IMG/VR virus record: IMGVR_UViG_3300025160_000003
Direction: 5' to 3' (one strand)
DNA length: 46,738 bases
Source of the DNA: a virus
Position numbers and translations under genes: made by a program. Positions 12,466-22,741 of the stretch are shown here, in pieces; position 1 is the stretch's first letter, and every line of letters begins with the position of its first letter. A model generated the notes under the pieces. The model saw only the letters and a program-made list of their open reading frames with translations, did no database searches and was not told the DNA's origin.

Positions 12466-14690
12466 TGGATCAACTACCTGAAGATAAACGTAAGGAATTA
12501 CGTTTAATATGTGAACATTTTGATAATGAGGATAAGTCTGTTCGTGAAAGACAAATTCGTACTTGGAAAAAGTTAAAGTTTTATTGGGAAGGTTTAAACA
12601 ATATTTATTGGAATGAAGTTGCACATGATTGGCGCGTTGTTGATTTAGGAATGTTAGAAGATGATTCTTATCAAGACTATTATGATAAAAGAGTTAATGT
12701 CTTTCGCGCTTATTTAGAATCAATCATTGCTGCTCTTTCAGTTATTGTTCCTGCTGTTGTTTGTTATCCTGATGATGCAGATAATCCTGATGATTTAGAA
12801 ACAGCTAAAGCTGGTAATACAATATCTAAATTAGTTTATCGTCATAATGATGCACATCTATTATGGTTACATGCACTTTATATTTTTTGTACTGAAGGAT
12901 TAATCGCATCTTATAATTACAATCATTCTGATAAATCTTATGGTGAAACAGATAAATCTTCTTATAAACAATATGAAGAAGAAGTAGATACTAAGAATTG
13001 TCCATTTTGTGGAATGCCAATTACTGATGATTTAGAAGATGGATATGATTTAGAATCTCCACCATTACCAATTTGTTTACAGTGTGGATTTGAAGTTGTA
13101 CCTGAATTAAAACGTGAAAAGGTATTTGTTACTCGTTTAGATGGAGTTACTAAAGAACCTAAATCACGTCAGTGTATTAAAACTTATGGTGGTCTATTTG
13201 TTAAGATAGCTAATTATGCTAAATCTCAAAGAGAAACACCATACTTAAGACTAATTGAAGATAAGCATTATGGAATTGCTATTGAAGATTATCCAGAACT
13301 TCATGATAAACTAGTTAATTCTGCTGGTGGTCTTAAAGGTGGTTCATATGATGATGTTTATGAGCAATGGGCACGTTTAAGTACTCAATATAATGGAACT
13401 TATCCAGAGAATACTGTAGCTTGCGCGCATTATTGGTTTCGTACTTCCGCTTTCAACATTTTACCAGTTGATAAAGTAGATTGGTGGAAAAAGAAGTTTC
13501 CATCCGGCGTACATTGTATTTGGGTAAATGATTTATTTGCTGAATGTGAAGATGAGTCATTAGATGATGTATGGACATTAAGTAATAATCCATTATCAGA
13601 TTACATGCACCATGATCCGTTAGGTAACTTGCTAACTTCTGTTCAAGATATAACTAATGATTTAATCTCTTTAGCATTACAAACGATGGAACACGGTATT
13701 TCTACAACGATGTTTGATGCTGGAGTATTAGATGCAAATGCTTATGCTAATCGTGAAGTAAATCCTGGTGAAATGATACCTGTAATTCCTAAATCTGGTA
13801 AAACAGTTAGTGATGCATTTTATAATTTAACTACAACAACATTTAGTGCAGAAATATTACCATTTGGAAATAAGGTTCAGGAGTTAGGACAATTAGTTAG
13901 TGGCGCAATTCCAAGTTTATTTGGCGGTGAAATGGCAGGTAGTAAAACTGCTGCTGAATATTCAATGTCGCGCGCTCAAGCATTACAAAGACTTCAGAAT
14001 ACTTGGAAGATGCTTTGTATTTGGTGGAAAACTATATTTGCTAAAGTTATTCCAGCCTATATTAAGAATGTAGCTGAAGATGAAAGGCTAGTTGAAAAAG
14101 ATAAGAATGGAAATTTCATAAATACATTCGTTCGTGTTAGTCAATTGCGTGGTAAAATTGGTCATGTTGAATTAGATGCAAGTGATCAAATTCCAATTAA
14201 TCCCGCGCAAATGAAAGATACAATAATGCAGATTCTTCAGACTAATCATCCGGGATTAATTGAAGCAATGATTGATCCTGAAAATATACAGATGATGAAG
14301 GATGCGTTAGGTATGCAATCTGCTGTAATTCCTGGTGAAGATGATAGAGAAAAGCAACTTGAAGAAATTAGAATGTTATTAGAAGCTGAACCTATTGAAA
14401 CTGGTGAAATAGATGAAACGGGTCAACCAGTTTTAGCACCATCTATTGATATTGATCCACAAGTTGATGATAATGAATTACAAGCAGATACAGTTAGAAA
14501 ATGGGCAGTAAGTTTAGCAGGTAGATTAGCTAAGATAGAAAATCCTCCTGGTTATAAAAATGTTCTTCTACATGGTAGTAGGCATATTCAAGTAACTCAG
14601 GCATTAATGACAATGAATGCTCAGCAAAGTCAGATGCCAAATGATGCAAATAAACCTGAGCAAAAACCTAAGGAACAAGCAAATGCCTGA
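12465..14690 (+). CDS. portal protein (741 aa) with an inserted zinc ribbon
   Basis: Size and position (after terL, before an acidic scaffold-like gene). CPFCG-x24-CLQCG at about 12998..13100. Confidence 0.62.
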   Translation: MDQLPEDKRKELRLICEHFDNEDKSVRERQIRTWKKLKFYWEGLNNIYWNEVAHDWRVVDLGMLEDDSYQDYYDKRVNVFRAYLESIIAALSVIVPAVVCYPDDADNPDDLETAKAGNTISKLVYRHNDAHLLWLHALYIFCTEGLIASYNYNHSDKSYGETDKSSYKQYEEEVDTKNCPFCGMPITDDLEDGYDLESPPLPICLQCGFEVVPELKREKVFVTRLDGVTKEPKSRQCIKTYGGLFVKIANYAKSQRETPYLRLIEDKHYGIAIEDYPELHDKLVNSAGGLKGGSYDDVYEQWARLSTQYNGTYPENTVACAHYWFRTSAFNILPVDKVDWWKKKFPSGVHCIWVNDLFAECEDESLDDVWTLSNNPLSDYMHHDPLGNLLTSVQDITNDLISLALQTMEHGISTTMFDAGVLDANAYANREVNPGEMIPVIPKSGKTVSDAFYNLTTTTFSAEILPFGNKVQELGQLVSGAIPSLFGGEMAGSKTAAEYSMSRAQALQRLQNTWKMLCIWWKTIFAKVIPAYIKNVAEDERLVEKDKNGNFINTFVRVSQLRGKIGHVELDASDQIPINPAQMKDTIMQILQTNHPGLIEAMIDPENIQMMKDALGMQSAVIPGEDDREKQLEEIRMLLEAEPIETGEIDETGQPVLAPSIDIDPQVDDNELQADTVRKWAVSLAGRLAKIENPPGYKNVLLHGSRHIQVTQALMTMNAQQSQMPNDANKPEQKPKEQANA

Positions 14691-15927
14691 TGATGTTGTT
14701 ATAACTCCAAAACCGGATTTAACTGAGAATGATGTCTTAGCTAAACTTAATGAACTTGATACTGATGAACCAATTAAAGAAGAAAAAGATTTAGATATTC
14801 CTGATATTAAGGAAGATGAAAAGAAAGATAAGAAAGAACCTAAAGAAAAGAAATCTGAAGAAGATGAAGAAGAAAAACTTGATGAAGATGAAGATGATGA
14901 TAAAGATGAACTAGAAGATTTAGAAAAACTTGATGAGGATGAAGATGAATTAAAACTTCTTCTCCCAGCGCGACGTAAGGATATTTTAAAGACTTATCCT
15001 GATTTATTTAAAAAGTTTCCTGCTCTTGAACGCGCAATGTATCGTGAACAGGGATATACAGAAGTATTCCCAACGATTAAAGAAGCTAAGGAAGCAGTTG
15101 AAAACTTAAGAGAATTTAAAGAAATTGAAAGTTCAATACTTGATGGAGATATTGAGTCTCTTCTAAAAACTGTTAAAGAACGTGATAGTGAAGCATTAAA
15201 TAAGATTGCTGATGAATATTTATCTTCTTTATATAAAGTAGATCAGAATGCATTTCAACATGTTCTGAATAATTTATATAAGCAAACTGTCAAAACTATG
15301 GTGCAAACTGCCAAAGATTCTAATGATGATCAATTAATGGCAGCAGCGGAATTATTCCATAAGTATTTATTTGGTAATGCTACTTTTAGTGAACCAAATA
15401 GATTAGCTAAAGCTAAAACTGAAAAAGATAGTGAAATCGAACGCGAACGAAATGAATACTTACAAGAGAGATTTGTGGACGCGCGAAATGAATTAGTTGT
15501 AAGAGTTGATAATCGTCTTAAATCAGTAATTTCGTCTGCAATTGATCCTAAAGATGAAATGTCTGATTATGTTAAATCTAAGGCGATTGGAGATTGTGTT
15601 GAGCAATTACATAAACAAATTGGTTCTGATACTCGAACTCAGACAATTCTAAGAAATTTGTGGGCTAAATCTAAGGATACTAAATTTTCTAAGGACTCAG
15701 TAAATAAAATTGGTAGCGCGTACTTATCTGTTGCGAAGTCATTATTATTACCAATCATCCGAGAAAATCGTACAAAGGCTTTATCGGGAGCCAAAAGGTT
15801 GGTAGTTAATAAAGATGATAAAACGAAAGAAAGATTTAAGGGTTCTAATGATGAAAAAGGTGAAAGAACCTCACCTAAGAAAATGAAACCCGGTGAATCG
15901 ATTGAAGATTTCATGATGAGAGATTGA
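14683..15927 (+). CDS. scaffolding-like protein (414 aa), acidic and coiled-coil
   Basis: ORF track 14617..15927 trimmed to the ATG at 14683, overlapping the portal stop. EKLDEDED repeats. Position between portal and capsid genes. Confidence 0.55.
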   Translation: MPDDVVITPKPDLTENDVLAKLNELDTDEPIKEEKDLDIPDIKEDEKKDKKEPKEKKSEEDEEEKLDEDEDDDKDELEDLEKLDEDEDELKLLLPARRKDILKTYPDLFKKFPALERAMYREQGYTEVFPTIKEAKEAVENLREFKEIESSILDGDIESLLKTVKERDSEALNKIADEYLSSLYKVDQNAFQHVLNNLYKQTVKTMVQTAKDSNDDQLMAAAELFHKYLFGNATFSEPNRLAKAKTEKDSEIERERNEYLQERFVDARNELVVRVDNRLKSVISSAIDPKDEMSDYVKSKAIGDCVEQLHKQIGSDTRTQTILRNLWAKSKDTKFSKDSVNKIGSAYLSVAKSLLLPIIRENRTKALSGAKRLVVNKDDKTKERFKGSNDEKGERTSPKKMKPGESIEDFMMRD

Positions 15928-15931
15928 TAAA

Positions 15932-16273
15932 ATGGCTATTACTAGTGAACGCATTGTAACTATAAAACTTTCAGGTGACTATGATGCTGCTATAGAATAT
16001 CAAGCAGATAACGCCGCATCACCGGGCGATATAGATATAGTTACTTTAGCTGCTGGTAATAATGCTATATCAGTTCCATCAAGTGCAACTGGTGTTACAA
16101 TTAGACCCCCAAGTGCTAATACTGAATTGATTACACTTAAAGGTGTTAATGGTGATACAGGAGTTGCATTGCATTTAACAGACGCTACATCAATTGGATT
16201 AGGAACAGCAGTAACTAGTTTTGTACTGAATGTTACTTTACAATTGATTGGCGTGCGATTAATTTGGAGTTAG
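15932..16273 (+). CDS. small beta-type head-module protein (113 aa)
   Basis: ORF track. Between the scaffold-like and capsid-like genes. Confidence 0.5.
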   Translation: MAITSERIVTIKLSGDYDAAIEYQADNAASPGDIDIVTLAAGNNAISVPSSATGVTIRPPSANTELITLKGVNGDTGVALHLTDATSIGLGTAVTSFVLNVTLQLIGVRLIWS

Positions 16274-16276
16274 TTA

Positions 16277-17530
16277 ATGTCATTTGATAATGCGTCAGTA
16301 ATTGCTACGGAACTTGAGAAAGTTACAACCAAGTTACCGGAAGCATATGAATCTGACGATAAGTTCTTTTCCAACATTAAGAAAGCAGATGTTGAGAAGG
16401 TTTCTTATCGACAGTTGCGCGCTCCTATAAATATTAGACCAGGTGGAAAATTCCAGTATTTTGGACCAAATGGTTCTGATTTAGGACGTGGTGGTGGACC
16501 TACATACGAAAAGGCAGTATTACAGCCTGTGTTCATGAGTCAGAACATTGAGTATACTAAACTTGCTCAGTGGGGAACTGATAGTGATAGAAAGGCTATA
16601 GTTAATGCCGTTCGTAAACTTACAGCAGGTGCATTAGTTGAATTACGTCGTCAGATTGATTCTCAGATGATGGGTTCAGGTAATGGTGTTGTAGGTACAA
16701 TTAGTGCGGTTGATGCAACTGTTGTAGGTACAGATCAGTATACGCTTACAGCAGAATTCGGAGCACGTTTAGTACGTTTTGGTCAGACGATTCAGGTGTT
16801 TGATAGTACTTTAGCAACTAATCGTGGTAATGCTGAAATTACGTTCTGGGATGTTGCAAATGGCATTATTAAAGTTAATGCTAATATTGCTGGTGCAACT
16901 GCTACAGACGTATTAGTTGTTCAGGGTATTACTTCTCCTGCATCTATGCCTGCATTGTATGGTGTGCCATATCATCATTCTAATGCAAGTACTGGAACGT
17001 GGTTAGGATTTAACAGAGTTAGCACACCAGAAATACGTTCTAATGGTATTAATGGTAATAGCTCTGCTTTATCTTGGCCGCTTCCAAGACGCGCAATTAA
17101 TACCATTGGTAATCGTGTTGGTATTGATAAGAATTTTAAAGCGCGCGCTTGGATGCATCCGTGTCAGCAGCAGCAATATGAACAGATGGGCTTTAATGTT
17201 TCCATCATACAGAAACAGCCTAGACAAGAAGGTTTAAATCTGTATTTTGGTGATGATATGCAGATGGCCGGCGCTCCAGTTATGCCGCATTTTAATTGGA
17301 GTAAGGAAAGAATTGACTTCGTTGTTGATTCTGTTTGGCATCGTGCAGAAATATTGCCTATCGGTTTTTATACTACAGATGGAAGAAATATCTTCGAATT
17401 ACGCGGACCATCTGGTGGTGTAATGACTGCTGATATTTTCTACATGGTTGTGGGTATGCAGACATATGTTGATAATCCAGCATCAACGTCTTATATCTAC
17501 GATTTATCAATTCCTGCTGGTTACAATTAA
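16277..17530 (+). CDS. major capsid protein (417 aa)
   Basis: Position after the scaffold, typical size, locally higher GC, strong RBS on neighbouring genes. Fold not verifiable by eye. Confidence 0.62.
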   Translation: MSFDNASVIATELEKVTTKLPEAYESDDKFFSNIKKADVEKVSYRQLRAPINIRPGGKFQYFGPNGSDLGRGGGPTYEKAVLQPVFMSQNIEYTKLAQWGTDSDRKAIVNAVRKLTAGALVELRRQIDSQMMGSGNGVVGTISAVDATVVGTDQYTLTAEFGARLVRFGQTIQVFDSTLATNRGNAEITFWDVANGIIKVNANIAGATATDVLVVQGITSPASMPALYGVPYHHSNASTGTWLGFNRVSTPEIRSNGINGNSSALSWPLPRRAINTIGNRVGIDKNFKARAWMHPCQQQQYEQMGFNVSIIQKQPRQEGLNLYFGDDMQMAGAPVMPHFNWSKERIDFVVDSVWHRAEILPIGFYTTDGRNIFELRGPSGGVMTADIFYMVVGMQTYVDNPASTSYIYDLSIPAGYN

Positions 17531-17540
17531 GAGGTGATGT

Positions 17541-17852
17541 ATGTCAGCCAACTGGAATGATATTTCATGTGTACAATCTGAGCAGCAGTTAGAACCTTTA
17601 ACTATTGCATCAGCAACTACAATCGCTCCGAGAACTAGATTAACATTCGTTACTGGTACCGTACAGGTTGCAACTATTACGCCTCCTGTTTTAGGTTATC
17701 ATGAATTAGTGTTAATCTTTACTAATGGTAGTCCTGGTGCTTTACTAACTTCTGGTAACATCAAGACTGCTTATACACCATTACAGAATAAGTCCTTTAG
17801 TTTACATTACAATCCGATTGATGGAAAGTATTGGACTGAAGCTGTAGCTTAA
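17541..17852 (+). CDS. small head-associated protein (103 aa)
   Basis: ORF track. RBS aagaggtgatgt. Followed by a GC-clamp hairpin terminator. Confidence 0.5.
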   Translation: MSANWNDISCVQSEQQLEPLTIASATTIAPRTRLTFVTGTVQVATITPPVLGYHELVLIFTNGSPGALLTSGNIKTAYTPLQNKSFSLHYNPIDGKYWTEAVA

Positions 17853-17865
17853 TTACAAATAGGGG

Positions 17866-17895
17866 GCGCGCATCTATAAAAACGCGCATTTTATT
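17866..17895 (+). terminator. GC-clamp hairpin plus U-tract after the capsid block
   Basis: GCGCG-catctataaaaa-CGCGC followed by attttatt. The next gene starts at 17896. Confidence 0.5.
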
Positions 17896-18474
17896 ATGAC
17901 TATTGAAAAACTTAATTCTTATTTAGCTCGCGATTTTGGTTATTCGATTGGTACTTTTCCAACATATCGTGTTGTTTGGAGTGAAGATCAATTTGAAAAG
18001 CGCGCAACTAAATATACTGAAGAAGGATTTGAATTACTATATGAAGAAGTAAGGCTTCTTCCTAAATATAGACAACAGCATCAAAACAAGTATATTTTAG
18101 AACGATTCTTGGTTGTACCTGATTTTGTTAAGACTGAACTAGTTGATAGATATTCATATGAACCCTTACATGTATTTCGTATAGGTAAAGGTGATGATTA
18201 TGAATTTGACACATTTTATGGTGCTTGTAAGTTCATTATAAATACTTTTACTGAACGTGTAAAATTATCTCATTATGGAGATAGATATAAATCACCAGAA
18301 GAAAAGATGTTACCTGAAGAATTATTACATGCTCGAAAGTTAGAAGTAGAAAAGATGCAAGAATTTTTATTTGGAAATGAATCAGATGTTACGGATAATT
18401 TAAAGTTAGGTAGTGGTGAAGTTGTACCAAACAATTATGAGGCTAAAGGTACTAGCCAAATAAAGGAGAATTAA
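17896..18474 (+). CDS. hypothetical virion-module protein (192 aa)
   Basis: ORF track. No motif recognised. Confidence 0.55.
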   Translation: MTIEKLNSYLARDFGYSIGTFPTYRVVWSEDQFEKRATKYTEEGFELLYEEVRLLPKYRQQHQNKYILERFLVVPDFVKTELVDRYSYEPLHVFRIGKGDDYEFDTFYGACKFIINTFTERVKLSHYGDRYKSPEEKMLPEELLHARKLEVEKMQEFLFGNESDVTDNLKLGSGEVVPNNYEAKGTSQIKEN

Positions 18475-18476
18475 TC

Positions 18477-19163
18477 ATGGCAATTGGTATTGGATCGTTT
18501 GCAAATGCTTCAAGAACGGCAATTAGAAGTGCAACTAATCCTTTGGATAGATGTACTATTGTTTCATTAATGCATAAAGGATTTACCTCACGCAAGCCTA
18601 CATTAGAACCAGGTATATTCTTTATTCCATCTGGTAGTATGGAAAAACCTGGAATTGCAGTTATTGGGCCAAGTTCATGGTTTTTAGATACTGATCCTGA
18701 TAGAGAAATTGCTGAGATTGTTACTCCATCTAATATTGTTGCTGAATCAGTTGTTAATGATTATGTTAATGGATTATTAGCATTTGATCGTAATGGTAGT
18801 ATGCCTGGACTTTTCTGGGTATTAGGTGAGAAAACTCAAGCTCAAATTTTAAAAGATCATCAACCCGAACTTAAACGATATGATACTTTTCAAAGACAGT
18901 GGTATCGTAATTTAGTAGGTTTAGCTGATAGTTTGTGGGCACAATCAAACGGGAATCCATTAACAATTAGTGATGATTTTAGGATTGCAGCTTCAGTATT
19001 AGGATTAAATAAACCTTGGATTAATGCATTTAGTTCTGTTGAATTAGTTGCTTGTAAACTTTGTGGTAAACTGCGCGATCCGAATTATCCAATTTGTGCA
19101 AATTGCAATCATATAGTTGATCCTGAAGCATATGCTAAGTTAGGATTAAAGAAGGTTGAATAA
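18477..19163 (+). CDS. hypothetical virion-module protein (228 aa) with a C-terminal zinc ribbon
   Basis: RBS aaggagaattaatc. CKLCG-x9-CANC near the C-terminus. Confidence 0.55.
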   Translation: MAIGIGSFANASRTAIRSATNPLDRCTIVSLMHKGFTSRKPTLEPGIFFIPSGSMEKPGIAVIGPSSWFLDTDPDREIAEIVTPSNIVAESVVNDYVNGLLAFDRNGSMPGLFWVLGEKTQAQILKDHQPELKRYDTFQRQWYRNLVGLADSLWAQSNGNPLTISDDFRIAASVLGLNKPWINAFSSVELVACKLCGKLRDPNYPICANCNHIVDPEAYAKLGLKKVE

Positions 19164-19837
19164 TGCTAAAGGCATCCGATATTTTTGGTGACGTTCGCGC
19201 ACATCTTAATGATGTAGGTAATGCCATATTTACGGATACAGTTCAATTACCTTATCTTAATATTGCTGCGGACGAGTTACAGCAAGAACTAGAAAATCAT
19301 AATATTGGATTAACAAATGCAGTTGAAACTGATATAGCTTTAACTGCCGGAGAAACTGAAATAGGTGGTTTGGATTTACCTGAAGGATTAATTGAAATCG
19401 AAAATGTTTATGAACGAATCTCAGGTTCATCTAATGAATATCAATTAATGCAAAGGGTAAATTTCTTACCACCTGTTGATGTGTTAACAAGTTATTTACA
19501 GTGGTACGCATTTAATGACCAGAAGATTCAATTTGTTGGTAGTACTTCTGATGAACAAATAAGAGTTGAATATATAAAGCGTCGGGTTCCTAATCTTATT
19601 AATGCTTCAAGTACAATTGATATTAATGGTGCGCGTTCTGTTTTAGCATATAGAACAGCCGGATTATGTGCTCAAGAAATTGGTGAAAATGAATCAAGAG
19701 CGGAGGTGATGAACGGAAATGCAAAATTACGATTAGACATTTTACTTTCAATTAATCTTAAAGGTAAACAAGCAATTGTTATAAGACGTAGACCGTTTCG
19801 TGCAGGATTTAAATTTCGTAGTCGTTTGTATCGTTAA
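19163..19837 (+). CDS. putative head-tail adaptor (224 aa)
   Basis: Position downstream of the capsid block. Call is from synteny only. Confidence 0.35.
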   Translation: MLKASDIFGDVRAHLNDVGNAIFTDTVQLPYLNIAADELQQELENHNIGLTNAVETDIALTAGETEIGGLDLPEGLIEIENVYERISGSSNEYQLMQRVNFLPPVDVLTSYLQWYAFNDQKIQFVGSTSDEQIRVEYIKRRVPNLINASSTIDINGARSVLAYRTAGLCAQEIGENESRAEVMNGNAKLRLDILLSINLKGKQAIVIRRRPFRAGFKFRSRLYR

Positions 19838-19894
19838 CAATAAGCTGATTGATAATTAGTTCGATTATCAATTGTCCATTAAGGATGGCTAAGT

Positions 19895-20743
19895 ATGAAC
19901 ATGTCATTGTGGGAACAAGTTAAATATGCTCAGGAATCAGGTTTACTTTTAGGTGGTAGACCTTGGTCACAAAATACTTATTGGGTTGGTGGTAATGCTC
20001 CATTAGGTACAGCATTAGTTGACTCAATTGAAAAAGCACTAGATTTAATGATTGATAATGATACATTATTTCTGGGGCCTGGTGCTCATGAGGAAGGAAA
20101 TTTAAGCATTCCAGCAACTAAAACAGGATTAATAATTGTTGGATATAACAGTCGCGGTCAATCCTTTATTGAACCATCAACAGCAGGGGATGAAGGTTTA
20201 GAAATTCTTGCTGATGATGTAACACTAATTAATGTTGGTGTTGCTGATGGTGGTAGTGGTGACTATGGATTATCTGTAGGTAGCGCAGCAGTTTCACCTG
20301 ATAGATTTAGAGCCTATGGCTGTAAATTTGAAGGTTCTGCTATTGGTGCGCGATTGTATGGTGCAGGTGATATATTATTAGATGATTGTGAATTTGCCTG
20401 GGCAAATGTTGGGTTACAATTTAGAGCAAATCTAATTGGATTTGTTACTCAAGCATTTATTCAGAAATCACGATTTCATAATAATACTGATGCTTGTATA
20501 AGTGAAGCAGCAGCATCACAGGTAGTTAATAACCTTCAGTTGTGGAATAATATCTTTGATCAGTTAGAAGATGGAACTGAACCAACAGATTTTATTCTAC
20601 TTTCTGATAATGGTAATACTGGTATTATTGCTGGTAATCAGTTTGCGATTGCTACTAGTGATGCAGCAAAACTTACCATTGGTTCTGGTTTAATGTGGGG
20701 TCCAAACGGTACGGAAGCTGGTTGGAGTTCTGCAAGACCTTAG
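19895..20743 (+). CDS. putative parallel beta-helix (pectin-lyase-fold-like) tail protein (282 aa)
   Basis: Repetitive Gly/Asp/Asn-containing beta-strand pattern, e.g. LIIVGYNSRG...VTLINVGVADGG...ILLDDCEF. Confidence 0.4.
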   Translation: MNMSLWEQVKYAQESGLLLGGRPWSQNTYWVGGNAPLGTALVDSIEKALDLMIDNDTLFLGPGAHEEGNLSIPATKTGLIIVGYNSRGQSFIEPSTAGDEGLEILADDVTLINVGVADGGSGDYGLSVGSAAVSPDRFRAYGCKFEGSAIGARLYGAGDILLDDCEFAWANVGLQFRANLIGFVTQAFIQKSRFHNNTDACISEAAASQVVNNLQLWNNIFDQLEDGTEPTDFILLSDNGNTGIIAGNQFAIATSDAAKLTIGSGLMWGPNGTEAGWSSARP

Positions 20744-20775
20744 TAATTAAATTTTAGTTAAAAGGAGATATTCAA

Positions 20776-20988
20776 ATGGCACTTTCACTTACAATTACTG
20801 GTAATGCTGGTCCTGGTGAAGCTCTATCTGCTCAGGTATTTACTGAAATAACTGAGCTTAAAATCCTTCCCGATACAAATATTATTGAATTTGTTAAGGA
20901 TGGATATGCGCGACAGGTAGATATTACAGATGAAGCTACCGTAACAGCTACTAAGTCTGGTACTACTTGGACGTTAACTATTTCTTAG
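20776..20988 (+). CDS. small protein (70 aa)
   Basis: ORF track. RBS aaaggagatattcaa. Confidence 0.5.
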   Translation: MALSLTITGNAGPGEALSAQVFTEITELKILPDTNIIEFVKDGYARQVDITDEATVTATKSGTTWTLTIS

Positions 20989-21071
20989 TGTCATCTCCCA
21001 AGATAAATCACTGAGAAAATGGTTTCTTGTTAATTCTTTCCATAATAAGAATTAACACTTTAGGATTTAAT

Positions 21072-21212
21072 ATGAAACTGAAATGTTATCTTATAACTCA
21101 ATTAGAAGTACAAGATTATTTAGATAAGTATCAGGAAAAGATTAAATTTATTTACACAACTAATAAGGCACAAGGGTTACAAAAAATAATGATTGTTATC
21201 GACGAAGCATAA
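21072..21212 (+). CDS. possible micro-gene (46 aa)
   Basis: ORF track 21027..21212 trimmed to the first ATG. Weak RBS. Confidence 0.25.
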   Translation: MKLKCYLITQLEVQDYLDKYQEKIKFIYTTNKAQGLQKIMIVIDEA

Positions 21213-21214
21213 AG

Positions 21215-22741
21215 ATGCGCGATCATGAACCAATTGAAATAACCGAATTTAATGGTCTTTGGAAACGTGGTGATAGAGAATCTACGCCTGAAGATCATTT
21301 TAGTGATTGTAATAATATTGAATTTATTGAATCAGGATTTCAATCTAGACCTGGAATTGCTGCTTTAGATATTGATGATGCTTGTGATAATTTACAAAAT
21401 GTTGTTAGGATGTATACTTATTTACGTCCTGACCGTCAGTCATTATTAGTATTAGATGCATCTGGAAATGTATACGATACTGGTAGTCCTACACCGTGTA
21501 CACCTATTTTAACTATTGCTGGAATGACAGATTTTGCATTTCAAGCATGGGCAGGTCGCGCATATATATCTCCACATGATGGAGTAATGGGATTAAATGG
21601 TGAATTTCTTTATGTTTATTTAGGTTATGGTGCTGCTGCTAGAAAAGCTGCTGGATTAGCTCCTACAGGTGCAATGACAGGAGCAAATGGTGACCCAATT
21701 AACACAAAATTACAAGCAGGTTATCATATATTTGCAGTAGTATTTGAAACTGATACAGGATTTTTAACTAAACTTGGAGGTAATGTAGCATTTTTAGCAA
21801 CCGGCGCACATAAATGTACTTTAACTAATATACCAATTAGTCCTCAAACATTTGTTACCAAGCGCCATATTGTTACAACTAAGACTATTGACCCATTAAC
21901 ATTTACTGGTGACTTAGAAAATTATCAATTTTTCTTTGTACCAAATGCTATATTAAATGATAATACAACTACAACTTTAGCTGATATTGATTTCTATGAC
22001 GCTGATTTATTAGAAGATGCTAGTTATCTTTCAGATTTATTAGAAGAAATACCAGCAGGAGTTAATTTAAGTTTATATCATGGTCGTCTAATCTCAATGA
22101 CTGAATTTGGTCAGGCTAATAGCGATCCATTATTAGATACTAGTGGTAATATTTCACTTGCGCGCGTTTCAGAACCGGGTGAACCAGAAGCGTTTAATGC
22201 AGTAAGTGGATTAATTATTGCACCAATTGATGGTAATCCATTAACGAACGCGCAAGAATATCGAGATAATTTATACTTCTTTAAGAATACACGAACCATA
22301 TCTTATACTGATAATGATGATGTTCCTTCTTCTTGGGAACCAGTTTATATAGATAATGGTATAGGTTGTCCGATTCATGGATTAGCATTAGTACTTGATT
22401 CTGGTGGTTCTAACGTAGACTATCTTATCATGGCTGATTATTCAGGAGTTATATTATTTAATGGTGGTTATATACGTCCTGAACTTAGTTGGAAGATTCA
22501 ATCACTTTGGTTAGACCTTGATAGAGATTTATTTCAGGATATACAAGTTCTTAATGATTCAATAAGTCAAAGATTGTATATGACACTTCCTGATGGAACA
22601 TTATTATATGCTGATTATGGCGATGGAATGAATCCGAAAGATATTAAATGGGCGCCATGGACATCTGATTTATTTATTACTACTATTGCATTGATTAATA
22701 CTAATACACTTGCTATTGGAAGTTTAGAGGAACAGCCCTAA
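21215..22741 (+). CDS. tail tubular / nozzle-like protein (508 aa)
   Basis: The N-terminal ITEFNGLWKRGD..PEDHFSDCNNIEF..G.QSRPG resembles the N-terminus of podovirus tail tubular B proteins. Call is by resemblance only. Confidence 0.4.
   Translation: MRDHEPIEITEFNGLWKRGDRESTPEDHFSDCNNIEFIESGFQSRPGIAALDIDDACDNLQNVVRMYTYLRPDRQSLLVLDASGNVYDTGSPTPCTPILTIAGMTDFAFQAWAGRAYISPHDGVMGLNGEFLYVYLGYGAAARKAAGLAPTGAMTGANGDPINTKLQAGYHIFAVVFETDTGFLTKLGGNVAFLATGAHKCTLTNIPISPQTFVTKRHIVTTKTIDPLTFTGDLENYQFFFVPNAILNDNTTTTLADIDFYDADLLEDASYLSDLLEEIPAGVNLSLYHGRLISMTEFGQANSDPLLDTSGNISLARVSEPGEPEAFNAVSGLIIAPIDGNPLTNAQEYRDNLYFFKNTRTISYTDNDDVPSSWEPVYIDNGIGCPIHGLALVLDSGGSNVDYLIMADYSGVILFNGGYIRPELSWKIQSLWLDLDRDLFQDIQVLNDSISQRLYMTLPDGTLLYADYGDGMNPKDIKWAPWTSDLFITTIALINTNTLAIGSLEEQP

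Noticed and set aside
14860-14950. Direct DNA repeat gaaaaacttgatga(a/g)gatgaagatga in the scaffold-like gene
   Set aside because: It is explained by an acidic low-complexity peptide repeat (EKLDEDED) in a coiled-coil protein. Not an independent DNA element.
17043-17237. 64-aa same-strand ORF nested in the capsid gene in another frame
   Set aside because: No RBS, and fully internal to the major capsid ORF. There is no slippery-sequence context suggesting programmed frameshifting.
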